From: Antedon mediterranea
Taxonomy: Eukaryota; Animalia; Echinodermata
Direction: 5' to 3'
Assembly: GCF_964355755.1 (NCBI RefSeq)
Contig: NC_092672.1
Coordinates: forward strand, 28,030,437 to 28,094,436
DNA length: 64,000 bases
The translations under genes were made by a program, and so were the position numbers. Within the stretch, counting starts at the first letter, position 1; each line of letters begins with the position of its first letter. Positions 52,001-63,559 of the stretch are shown piece after piece. The notes below the pieces were generated by a model. It made no database searches. It worked only from the letters and a program-made list of their open reading frames with translations, and was not told where the DNA came from.

Positions 52001-52340
52001 GTGCATAGATATTTATTATTGTAAATTGACAATCATTTTTTATCATTTCAATAATTAGAACCCTTCCGTTTTCATCTCTATAAGTATTCTTAACTGTAAT
52101 ATTACTCTCATTCTTAATGACTACAGCTACGCCTCTACTATTTGTTTCTCCGTGTGAGAATATAATTTTCCCTCCCCACTCTTGCTGCCAACGATGTTCT
52201 GATTGCGTTGTGCTATGTGTCTCCTGAAGTAGTAATATATCTGATTTTGAATTCTTACACCAGTTAAATATACTTTTGCGTTTCCTCAACTCTCCTATGC
52301 CCCGTACATTTAGTGTTATAACATTTAAATGATTATCCAT
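46034..52340 (-). CDS. Tx1/L1 ORF2 (APE endonuclease + reverse transcriptase + Cys-rich C-terminus), ~1250 aa when reconstructed; split by a Helitron and one +1 frameshift
   Basis: EN motifs TLNVRG, LLQETH, NIYAPN, GGDFN, RLDYFL, TDHSAV. RT motifs KSPGNDG, WRPISLLNVDYK, DYEKAFDS, GVRQGDPLSP, QYADD. C-terminal CSYC...ETMTHLLVEC. Removing 49150-51699 restores the frame (YFLIN-NSMKEF). The frameshift is one extra A in the run at 47985-47992. Confidence 0.9.
49150..51699 (+). mobile_element. Non-autonomous Helitron (2550 bp)
   Basis: Starts TC (TCTATATATAAA), ends CTAG, and sits between A and T with no TSD. 3' GC-rich hairpin CTAGATGGTACGCGAGCGAAGCGAGCGTGCCATCTAG. Internal duplications at 49424-49730 and 50185-50542. 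Precise removal restores the host ORF2. Confidence 0.92.
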
Positions 52341-53011
52341 CAACATTACTAATTAGGTGACATTCTATTTTACTGAATAATATTATGAAGAGTAAAAAAA
52401 CAAAAAACAAAACAAAAATATTATAGCATTTCCAAAAACAATGGATGGACATATGGTTATTTGAGCATATAATTATATTAGAGCATGTCTTTATGCCTAC
52501 TATCAATATTAAATAGAATTTACTCGTAGACATTGATGAATTAAATATTTTAGTGTAGTTGCTGTAATATATTATAAAGACCGCACTTAGCAGTTGAGAG
52601 AATTTGCATTGAGGCGGTTGTTTGGGAACTGACCATTCAACGCGAACCTCATTTACATATGAATAAACGTCATTGTAGTAATAGTAATTACTACAGCTAC
52701 CTCGCTTGATCACGTAACTACCGCATGCAGAATCATGTGGGTTGTGTGGTGGATGGTAACAGTACATGAATATCAGTATCATTAAATAAACAATTAAGTA
52801 CATTAACCAAATATTAGTTTCTATTTTGATAACAGATTGTATGGAATTAAAAGCATAGTATTTTCAAAATGAAATAATATACATTAAATACACACAGTTC
52901 CGGTAATGTTCTCTTCACTACCAGCGATCTACAACGGAGGTATGTACACAAAACCATACCTCACTCTTCTCAAATAAGAGGGTGCACAGATTCTGGTTCC
53001 TGCATAGTGTA

Positions 53012-53801
53012 CTATGATGGGTAGAATGATTTAAAGGTTCCGTTCATTTCTTGATATCTGATGCATGGTGGTAAAGACATTGGGATATATGCGAATTTAA
53101 CGTTCTCTTTTGCACGTATTTGGTCTAAGTACTTCACTCTTAAATCCTTGCGTATTGCTCGTGTGTTCGCAGAAACGTCGTCCGATATGAATATTTTGTT
53201 TCCCGCCAACAGATTGCCTTTTAATGTTTTAGCTGCATTTGAGATAATGTACTTTTTATCCCGATACCGTAATAGTTTACAGTGTATAGGTCTAACCCGT
53301 TTATCTTTAATTATACCTGTTCTATGTGCTCTTTCGATTTCGATGTCTTTTGCTCCGTCTAACTTCATATGTTTTATTAAAATGTCTTCAATCATTTCCT
53401 CACACGTCATATTCTTCTTTTTTTCTTGTCCCTCTGGTACATTATATAGGACAATATTGTTCCTTCTGGATCTGTTTTCAAGATCCTCTATTTTTCCTTC
53501 CAGTTTGCTTAAGTCAGGTGCATTCTTCTTTTTGTTTTCTATAGCGTTTAGCTTTTTTGTGTATACATAATCAGCTGTTTCTATCGATTGTTTTAGTTCT
53601 TCAATTTCTTTCTTTTGTTCGTTTGTTATTTTTTGCAATTCGGAAATATGGGCCTCTGTATACGATATTCGTTTATCCATGCCCTCTAGTTTTTGGAGCA
53701 CAATGTTTAACTTTAAGTCAATATCATCTAGGGAGACAACGCCCTTTTTTCCCTTGCCGCCCTTGGGTTTTACTGGGCCGGGATTAGCGGTATTGCTACC
53801 G
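53012..53801 (-). CDS. Tx1/L1 ORF1 (coiled-coil + RRM/CTD, L1 ORF1p-like), missing its N-terminus
   Basis: Heptad-rich segment followed by DLENRSRRNNIVLYNVPE, IERAHR, RPIHCKLLRYRDK and IFISDD motifs. Confidence 0.85.
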
Positions 53802-56692
53802 GTATTGTAAGTTGGTTGTTTCAAAAAGTGCTGGTGGATAACAAAGTTCATGTTCAAAAACTTCCTTGTTGTCACCTCGAGTCTCCTCTGGAACTGTAGG
53901 ATCGATGCACACATATTTGCCTGTATGTACTTTATTGCCAGGATCTTGAATACATTGCAAGACTTTCTGGCCTAACATCCGTCCAAAATATTCAATGCTT
54001 AATACCACATTGCCAATATTCCGAGTCACCTGCAGTAACTCCCGTGTCAATGGTATGAAGTCCAAATGGATTTTCCAATTGCTATTGTGTTCCTGACGTG
54101 TGGCCAAAGTTCTTATGTTGGCCGCTGCTGGAGTAACGCCCTGATACTATTGCGAGGCATTACATTCAACGCAGATTTGGTCTGGATGTACTCATTCCTA
54201 AATCTCTTGTCAAACCTCTGGTTTTCTTTGAGGCTTTTCATAGAAACCTTTTCAATCACCAGGTCTGTTGACAATCCAGCCCAGATGGTCCAAACGTCAT
54301 ACAACATGGAGGTCATTGTCAAACTGCTGTTGAACATCTTTGTATTTCTACTGGTTAAAAAATCGTTAAAATACTTACACATCCCAATATAAATACTGTA
54401 ACCATGGCAACACAAATGCCATCTGGAAAAAAATGGAATGTAGATCATTCAGAAGCAACAGCAACAGGAACTCATCTGCATCTTCAGCTGGTCATGTGTA
54501 TCGCTTTGGACTGAAATGTTCACCCCAGGGTATCCCTGTGTGTATACCATTGTTGTTTAGAGCGAAAACAACATTTTTAGCTAAAATTGACACATTATGT
54601 TGTGTTTTTCCGCAAAAATGACATGCTAAATAAAATGTTTTGACTATAAGTTTGATATCACTGAATAGGAAATTTAATAAGCTTTCGGATGACATAAATC
54701 ACACTTGTATATAATGTATTTCAAATGGTTAAATATATGTAATTAATGGGGCATATTAATTTTGACTTAAAATGACCTTTATTGACCTCTGACCCCTTGA
54801 CCCAATGCTTGGATTTTCGGTGACTTTTAGTATGTCGTTCTACACTTTATATGGAATTCAAAAATACTTACTTTGTTACTATTGCAATTTGTGGTGGGTA
54901 TATCATTAGATTGACTGGACTAATAATACATTGTTGTGATTAGTCAAGTTTGAACTTTGACCCTTATATCTCGAAAACTCTTCATATCCAGATTCGTACC
55001 GTAATCTACGGAAAATTCTGGTCTAGAAAAGTTGGATGGCAATTTGTCTCCCGCCGGGTGATAGTTCCCACCTCCTGCCATCGGACTAAAACCAGAAGAT
55101 GTTTAAGGCAGTGCTCGGTGGCAGTGTAGGGGCCTACTTCAATTGATGACATTTTTCTACGTGGCGTGATAACACATCAAATATATAATATTAAATATTA
55201 ATGCAAAATACCAGTACACTTGGGTTGAGAGTTAAACAAAATATTTATTTGGCATGAATGATTTTAGTAAATGAAATAAAAGTGAAAACCTTGGGCCCAG
55301 GTATCGTACGTCCAGTTTAATACTCTTTTGTTCAAACTATAAGTTGTTCATCTTGCCCAAACAACTCACATAAAAGAGGTGAATGAATAGTATAAGCTGT
55401 TCCACTCTGTAGATTCTACCGTATAACTCGTTGGCTATCTGCTTTGTAATTTATGGACTTATAACTATTGTCTATAACAACGACTTTAATTTTTATAAGA
55501 GATTGCTTTCATTCAGGTAGGCTATTGTTGATAAGTTTGTATTATAGTATTAAACTATACTGTACAATTTATATATTAAGTAGGCATCGGGACATCGAGG
55601 TATTTTAAAATTATGTCTGCTGCACAATCATAAACACTGGAAAATTACAGTAGGTCTACGTTTTTTATTTATTTGTTCCCAACGCTGTATCTCCACATAT
55701 CTATTTCCGTAGTATCATGTGAATATTTTGTAATACAGCATCACATGTGATGCCTGTATCATGTAAGTTTAGTTTAAGGGTTAGGTTACTACTAGATATT
55801 CGACTTGCTTTATCTTACTCTTCCTTTAAATTTCTGCTCAATAACCATTTTGTTTAGTTTTTTCCTTTTCTTCTGAAAGGGCCAATTTAATTTAATTTTT
55901 GATTCTAAATTGTTTGTGTTTTATTTTATCTTTATAAATGATATTCATATTAATTGAATTATTTTTGTTACATGTTTATGTCATGATGTATTTTTGTGAG
56001 GGTCCCTAATAATCAGCTTCGGCTGGATGGACCACCTTCGTAAAATATTGTGAAATGTGAAACTCATGTGACGTATTACCAATTATTCTTATGATACTTC
56101 GGCGATAGATACAGTACTGAAAATCGGTTGCATTTCCTTCATGGTTGCACGTATCCGAAACACAGTAAATCTAGGAAATTAATTAACTGAAGATATATAT
56201 ATATATATATAGTTCTGAAAAGAAATGTTGAGTTTTTCGAAGTCTCGATCAATGTACTTAATTGATCTTCCTTAGAACATTCTCACCCCCTCACGATCAA
56301 AGTAAACTGATCGAAACGTCAAGAAATTAACAGTTCTTTTCAGAACTATATAGCTCACGTGGTGTACCGCAAACTTTATATTAAGGCAATCTAACATGAC
56401 ATTGAGCTCACCTTACCAATATAGGAAATTGTAACAGTCCTTTGATCTTATGTCTGGCTGCGACAAAACATGCAATACTGTACTGATCGTGTCGCAGCCA
56501 CAGATAAACCCTTTCATCTCCGGAGCTCAGCATCATGTTGTTAGGTTTCCTTGTTATATTAACAATCTGTTTTATGTTATAATCGATTCTCATCACCCAC
56601 CGTCATTTACGGTGTCCAGGCCTATAAGTTAATTACGGTACTAATTTATTTTATTGTTTTGTTATACTATATAAGTGGATGAGCTGGACAAT

Positions 56693-59600
56693 ATGAAGAG
56701 ATTTTTTGTAGCCGGTATGTATTACACTGTTGATTAATTTACATACCCTTTGCCGTAAACGTCATTCCCAAGATAGCCGGTATATGGTGGTTATAACGTG
56801 CTTGCCTTCCAATCCCAAGGTCTAGGGTTCAATTCTGACCTAGAGCAAGGATTGTAACTCGATCGTTTCAACTCCAATCCCTAAACTTCAAATGAGGCTA
56901 TAGCTTAAAAGCACGATAAATTATAACTTCCATTCTGTAATTGGCGAGGTGCTCACCGTTGGATGCGTATGAAAAAAAAAAGAAATATTAAATATCTTGT
57001 TATGTAAATTGTTACGTAGGCCTACTGAGAAACGGTTACGTGTTTATTATTATTATACGTCATGTATATTTTCATGTTATTTTGTACTGAAGAATAAAGA
57101 ACGGCAAGTTACTAAGAGACAGCATGAGAAAGATTGATAAACATCGCGTGTATTATCGGGTTGTTTGGTACCCGAGTTTTCACATGATGATTATCGGGTA
57201 ATTGTTTGGTACCCGAGTTGTCGCGTGATGATTATCGGGTTGTTTGGTATCCGAGTTGTCGCTTGATGATTATCGGGTTGTTTGGTACCCGACTTGTCGC
57301 GTGATGATTATCGGGTTGTTTGGTACCCGAGTTGTCGCGTGATGATTATCGGGTTGTTTTGTACCCGAGTTGTCGCGTGATGATTATCGGGTTGTTTGGT
57401 ACCCGAGTTGTCGCGTGATGATTATCGGGTTGTTTTGTACCCGAGTTGTCGCGTGATGATTATCGGGTTGTTTGGTACCCGACTTGTCGCGTGATGATTA
57501 TCGGGTTGTTTGGTACCCGAGTTGTCGCGTGTATTATCGGGTTGTTTGGTACAGCGTTTTCGCGTGATGATTAATCGGGTTGTTTGGTACACCGAGTTGT
57601 CGCGTGTATTATCGGGTTGTTTGGTACCCAAGTTGTTGCGTGATGATTATCGGGTTGTTTGTTACCCGAGTTGTCGCGTGATGATTATCGGGTTGTTTGG
57701 TACCCGACTTGTCGCGTGATGATTATCGGGTTGTTTGGTACCCGAGTTGTCGCGTGTATTATCGGGTTGTTTGGTACAGCGTTTTCGCGTGATAATTAAT
57801 CGGGTTGTTTGGTACACCGAGTTGTCGCATGTATTATCGGGTTGTTTGGTACCCAAGCTGTTGCGTGATGATTATCGGGTTGTTTGTTACCCGAGTTGTC
57901 GCGTGATGATTATCGGGTTGTTTGGTACCCGACTTGTCGCGTGATGATTATCGGGTTGTTTGGTACCCGAGTTGTCGCGTGTATTATCGGGTTGTTTGGT
58001 ACCTGCGTTTTCGCGTGATGATTAATCGGGTTGTTTGGTACACCGAGTTGTTGCGTGTATTATCGGGTTGTTTGGTACCCGAGTTGTTGCGTGATGATTA
58101 TCGGGTTGTTTGTTACCCGAGTTGTCGCGTGTATTATCGGGTTGTTTGGTACCCGAGTTGTGGCGTGATGATTATCGGGTTGTTTGGTACCCGACTTGTC
58201 GCGTGTATTATCGGGTTGTTTGGTACCCGCGTTTTCGCGTGATGATTATCGGGTTGTTTGGTACCCGAGTTTCGCATGTATTATCTGGTTGTTTGGTAGG
58301 CCTACCCGAGTTGAGACCAGAAAAAACGACAAGAAATATATTGAAATTTGTTCGGGACACGGTCCTCTGATTATTGTATTGTTAGCCCATAAAGATTAAC
58401 AAGCCGTTGTTATTAATAAAGAGAAGAATGCAGTTTACTTAAGCTTATAATAAAATAAAGTACCGTACTAGAGTATACTATTGTCAGTTCTAATGGTGAA
58501 CAGGATTCTCAGTTAAATTTATTCGATTTCTTTTTGATATTGATGAATACCAAGTGATATCCGTGTATAGCCTCGATCGAACACGAGTGATTAACAACCG
58601 CTATTCAATTTTGAAATTTACAATAAGATAAGTTTCCGTTCAGCACTTCGTTTGACCATTTAGGCGCCTGCCTCAACTTAAAAACCATTGATTTCCTATT
58701 AGACTGATGATATGGCATCCAATTCTGATTAGGCCTACCTACGAGGCCTACTGACCACAAATGACGCTATTTCGCCATTAGTATCTTAGGCAAATTTCGT
58801 AATTACGAGCATCTCGTGAATAAAGTAACTGTGTGACAAGGTTCGATGCTCGATGTGAAAGCAAGCTCAACGCTCGCGATATTTTTCTCAGGGCGCCGGA
58901 CTGTAATCAGGAGAGAGATACATCTCCCTGCTCTCATGACGCGCGCACCACAAGCAACTAGCCCATCATAAATTCATTCTGCACATGCTCAGAAACTTAT
59001 CTTCACTTATCTGTGCGCGGTATAGTACGGTAGGCCTATTGGTGACTGCTGTGCATTCTGCCAATTTACAAATATTCTCTCCAGACTGAACTATAATGTA
59101 GGCCTATAAATATGGATATTGTATACAATGAAATGGGACAAAATTTAGTATGAAATTAAGAGTGGGTCCGCCCCTGTTGATGGAAGCAGTAAGTTATTTG
59201 TACAGTGCTCTCTTCCCACTAAAACACGCAACGCAGTGGGTTAACCAAGACAGGCGATAGTCCAGATAATCAACTGAATGTGATTGGTCAATTATTAATT
59301 GCGTTGCGCTTGCGTCCTTGCGTTACGCTCAGACTAGTGGAATCAGTTGTTCATGTTCACATCATATTCTAAGCCTATTGTATAACTTTTCCCAAGGCTC
59401 CACTTTTCCCATATAATATTCTTTTACTATCGCTATAGTGGATCATCACGTTTTGATATTTTTCGAAAACTGGATTCCAGTTAAAATATACGTATTACAC
59501 GCGTCAAATGTACTAAAATGTGTATTAGTTTACCAAAATTAATCCGAATCGAATCTACTAGACTAAGCTTCTTGATATGAGTTTTAACATTTACTTGTTA

Positions 59601-60278
59601 ATGGTCGTCCATAGGTATGTGTGCCACGATATTCTTCTGGTTATATTGTACAAGAATCAACATGAGTATTGCTATGATAGCTATGGTACGCCGCCGAGAA
59701 AATACAACAAACAACATCAATGATGACCAATCGTACGAAGATTTAGTAAGTAAATTTCCTAAGCTAACCTATGATTATCATATGACAATTCTCTATAGAC
59801 GTAATTGTTGTTATGATTTGTTATTATTATTATAGATACCAACATACAATTGGGATGAAATGACCCAGCAAAGTATCCTGAGTGCTTTCTACATTGGTTA
59901 CACGATCACACCAATTCCTGGAGGCTGGTGTTCGGGATACATTGGCGGTAAAAAAGTACTCGGGCTTGTGCTACTTTGCGAGAGTCTACTAATAGCACTT
60001 GTTCCATTTGCTGCAGAAATCAATGCAAACCTATTAATTATAATACGTGTTTTAGACGGAGCAGTACAGGTGTAGTATTTGTTAATATTGTAAAATGTTT
60101 TGCTTTTGTACTGAAGTAAACAGGAGAACAATTGACTTAAGGCCCAAACGAACGATCGAAAATAAAAAATGTTTTAATTTATTCCAGGGCGTGGGTGTTA
60201 CTGCTGCCTACGTTATATTAGGAAAGTGGACAGCTCCCACCGAACGGAGTACTATGGTAGCTATAGTAGCAAATGGTA

Positions 60279-60310
<32 letters not shown>

Positions 60311-63300
60311 CAATCTTTCTTTAATACATCGAAATACAAAAAAAAAAAGCAGACAGAGAAAAAATAGAAAAATTATACAAAATCAATTCTCCTATATAAA
60401 CACCTTCTTATAAAATAAATATAGTTGTGCACATCAAGTCAGGATATAGAGTGATACAAATCTATGTTACAGAAGATTATCCCAGGCACTCCACTCTTCC
60501 CATTCTTCGGCTCTATTATTAATCAAACATCTAAACTTTTTAATTGTAAAGTAATATTTTACAAAGCTTATGAGGCCGGTGGTTGAGAGGAGGCCCGAAA
60601 ACTTACTCTTATATATATATACAACTTTAGTATTGACAAAAGTAAATTAATCCTATTGGATGGTGTATTACTAAAAAGCAGTTCACTTTCCGATACACAT
60701 ATACGAATATCAAGATTTCGAGAACACCATTGAAAAAAAAAAATTGCTTATCCATCTACTGATATTACATTTACAGAATAAATGATAAACTGTTTCTCTT
60801 CTAATGTTACAAAAGGAGCAGTTATCTTCGTCGATGTACTTAATAATCTTAAGGTAAACTTTAGTTGTGAGGATACTGTTGTTAAGTCTGTATTGGAACC
60901 ATCGTAATTTTACGTTGTCGGTCACATTAAAAGTTGCAACATTAATTTCTTCCCATTCATGTTCCGAGAATTCAACATTTAAGATTTTACCCCACTTTTG
61001 TTTAGCTTTACAGTTAAAGTCTTTGTTTTGAATAAACTTACGATAAAAAGCTTTACATCCTGTTTGGGGTTTGGTTATGGTTTCAAGTATGGGTAAATTT
61101 ATTGGGTTTATTTCTGTACCCAAAGAAGGGTATTTAGTTATAATTGCATCAATTAATCCATAGTATTAAGGAAATTATTTTTTTTCACCTTATAGTGTGT
61201 TTTGAAGTTTTCATAACTAAGCAAGGTTCCTCTATCCGAGATTAAATCATTTATGAACCTTACGCCACACTCATAATAATTGGTGTAAAAAATTGGAAAG
61301 TTATTGATTAGAATCGAATCATTCAACCATATTGGTTCTTTTAGTACGTTATAGTTTGCAGATGCTGTTGAATTATGAATAGCAATAAACTCGGACCATG
61401 AATGGAGAACATCTCTCCAGAACAAATTGTTCATATTATTTTTCGACAGCCTCTGAATCATGCATGAGCCGTATTCAAAGATTGATTCAGTTTTTTTACC
61501 ATGGCATATTTTGTTGAAAACTACATTGAGAATTCCAGTGTTGTTACGAATTCTTCGCATCCAACTAATCTTAACTGCCTTTATGTAACTGAAGATACCA
61601 ATCATGTTAATTCCGCCATCCTTATACTCTCTAATTAGCTTATTTCTTTTGATTTTATCTTTTCCCTTCCAGACAAAATTAAAAAACATCCTATTAAGTT
61701 CATTTAGATAAGCTGTAGTAGGGTTTGGCAACATTGTGAAAATATAATTAAGTTTTGATAATATTAGAGATTTTAACACAGTTAATCTTCCCAACACAGT
61801 AAGATTTCTCTTACGCCACACATTGATAGTAGACCTAATTTTACCAGTTATCTCTTCAACATTTATTTTAGTCATTTTGCTTATTTCTAAGTCAAATGTA
61901 ACACCCAAAAAATCAAAACGGCCTTTATCAAACCAGTCAAGATTTGAATTAGTATTAATTTGTTCACTCGAGAACTTTTTTAATCCAAATCATATTGCTT
62001 TGGATTTAGAAATGTTAATTTTTAAACCAGACATCTTTTCAAATTTTGAAAGTGTACTCATGCATTCAGTAAGTGATTTGTGTGAGCCGTTCAGAAGAAA
62101 TGCAGTGTCATCTGCGTATTGTAACATTTTAATTTCAGAGGTATCAATTGTTACTCCTTTAATATTAATATTTTGGCGTACCATCATGTTTAGAATTTCC
62201 ACTCCCAGAATAAATAGGTATGGAGATAGCGGATCGCCCTGTCTGCAACCTCTTTCAATATTTAAAAAATTGCTGGGGTGTCCATTAACTAGAACGCATG
62301 AAGAGATATTCGTGTAAAAAAGTCTACACCATTTCTTAAGAGTTGGTCCAAAATTAAAGAAGGTCAAACACTTAATAAATTTGAACGCCAGGGAATCAAA
62401 GGCTTTCTCGAAATCTACCAGTAATACGAGACCAGGTAGGTTTTTTTCGTCATAGAGTGAGAGGATATCATATAAAATACGAACATTTTCTCCAATATAA
62501 ATCCCGCTTGGTTTTCATTAATGATATTTGGAAGGACAGATTTTAGCCTCTCTGCTATGGCCGATGAAGCAATTTTGTAAGCAACATTTAATAAAGATAT
62601 AGGACGCCAATTTTTTAATTCTTTTCTTGATTTATTCGCCTTTGGGATTAGAGTGATTGCTCCCTGTTTTTGAGTGACTGAAAGGTTACAAGTTTTAAAG
62701 CCATATTTCAAAGAACGAAGAAGTAGAGCACCCAGTTTCCCCCAAAAAATCTTGAAAAATTCAGACGTAAAGCCGTCTGTTCCAGGTGATTTGTTGTTTT
62801 TCATTTTATTGAGTGCATTTGTAAGCTCAGCTAAGGTCAATTCACTCTCAAGCTTTTGAGATTCTTCTTCTGAAACTTTTTCGAAGTTCTGGTTTGTTAT
62901 TAATACGTTTAAATCTATTTGCTCTATATCTTTTTTTTATATAAAGAACTGTAAAAATGCTCAACTTCCTTTATTATAAGTTTATTGTCCAAATGGTAAG
63001 AGTTAAGCACTACTAAATAGTCAAAGTATGCACAGAAAAGCAACAATGGTTCTGCTGCTTCATTGCACATGCCCGATGTAACTTTTTCATCAGTTGTACT
63101 GTGATTTTGTATTTTAAACTTCCCATATCGGTGCAACGAAACGAAACAAGGCGACAGTTCGGATGAACCATCGCGCCGTGATTGGTCAAACTACTTGCAG
63201 TGCGGTTGGTCACGCACTAAATGGCACATAGTCTGTAGTTATTTGTATTTTACCGTAGTCGGATTTTCCCTGAGGATACGAGCTCAAGTAGTATGAAACG

Positions 63301-63559
63301 CCATATGTGCCAAAATATTTCTCTTTTTACTGATATTAAATAAACACTCAGTCTAGAACCAAGACTACAATACACAGTGTTCCGCCGAAACTCCTGTTAA
63401 TTATTTTGTAATTTGACAGGCCATGCGTATGCATATACCAATTTGTATAATTTTTTTTTACAGGAATGACCGTCGCAACAATTGTTTCAAGTCACTTTTC
63501 TGGTTGGCTTTGCACAGTAAATGAACTTGGTGGTTGGCCGACTTTATTTTACACTTACA
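56693..63559 (+). CDS. Second SLC17/sialin-like paralog, exons 1-5; continues beyond the window
   Basis: Exons 56693-56714, 59615-59745, 59836-60069, 60188-60275, 63464-63559. Same intron phases as the 29724 gene, GT-AG, open frame (MKRFFVAGMCATIFFWLYCTRINMSIAM...GGWPTLFYTY). Confidence 0.88.
56773..56985 (+). mobile_element. tRNA-derived SINE with A-rich tail
   Basis: A-box-like head, B-box-like GGTTCAATTC (~56826), and a tail ending atgaaaaaaaaaa (~56970-56981). Confidence 0.5.
57145..58312. repeat. 38-bp minisatellite (~31 units) with a ~225-bp higher-order period
   Basis: Consensus GTGATGATTATCGGGTTGTTTGGTACCCGAGTTGTCGC. The variant pattern recurs at +225 bp (ORFs 57510 and 57735 are nearly identical). 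Lies in intron 1 of the SLC17 paralog. Confidence 0.95.
60285..62989 (-). mobile_element. 5'-truncated, frameshifted L1/Tx1 LINE in intron 4 of the SLC17 paralog
   Basis: Poly(A) at 60283-60310. RT motifs KSPGTDG, WRPISLLN, GCRQGDPLSP, QYADD and CSFC..ETVYHLFCKC across ORFs 60710-62840. 15-bp TSD CAAATGGTAAGAGTT at 60270-60284 and 62990-63004. Confidence 0.92.
63050..63368. mobile_element. Dispersed MITE-like repeat; inverted relative at ~20130-20260
   Basis: 63265-63367 (aaacgccatatgtgccaaaatattt...cagtctagaaccaagacta) matches the reverse complement of 20132-20245. Confidence 0.5.

Larger units (their letters stand above)
45341..53801 (-). mobile_element. Young L1/Tx1-clade LINE, slightly 5'-truncated in ORF1, interrupted by a Helitron
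   Basis: Poly(A) tail at 45339-45380. Perfect 12-bp TSD GTATTGTAAGTT at 45329-45340 and 53802-53813. Contains ORF1, a ~670-bp spacer, ORF2 and a ~690-bp 3' UTR. Confidence 0.93.
42259..54922 (-). mobile_element. Second, older Academ DNA transposon of a different family, interrupted by nested LINEs
   Basis: TIRs TAGTCCAGTCAATCTA...TAGATTGACTGGACTA (~130 bp, imperfect). 3-bp TSD ATA at 42256-42258 and 54923-54925. Minus-strand remnants: WAGLSTDLVIE (~54260), FEHELCYPPALFE (~53840), VFDDYESGSSTKD (~45150), DDTDL.LVLL (~44885), FAHAIL..VFGIGK (~44730), DWGW..PLHTDLKPAPEYLL (~44370). The left arm has ~220-370-bp subrepeats. Confidence 0.85.

Noticed and set aside
52333-52803. 156-aa ORF between Tx1 ORF1 and ORF2 as a third ORF
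   Set aside because: Low-complexity I/Y/F-rich translation of AT-rich spacer with no recognisable domain. It cannot be supported without conservation data.
57145-58312. CRISPR-like array (38-bp partly palindromic repeat) and its repetitive ORFs
   Set aside because: Units are head-to-tail with no unique spacers, there are no cas genes and the context is a eukaryotic intron. The ORFs are by-products of the repeat.
59460-59510. Peptide NWIPVKIYVL as a candidate first SLC17 exon
   Set aside because: It has no suitable phase-1 donor and no counterpart in the other copies. The MKRF(L/F)VAG exon is conserved in all three copies.
47061-62859. Plus-strand ORFs 47061-47471, 48181-48405, 53061-53570, 61823-62317 and 62674-62859 (also 8079-8309)
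   Set aside because: They are antisense shadows of LINE coding sequence with no independent motifs.
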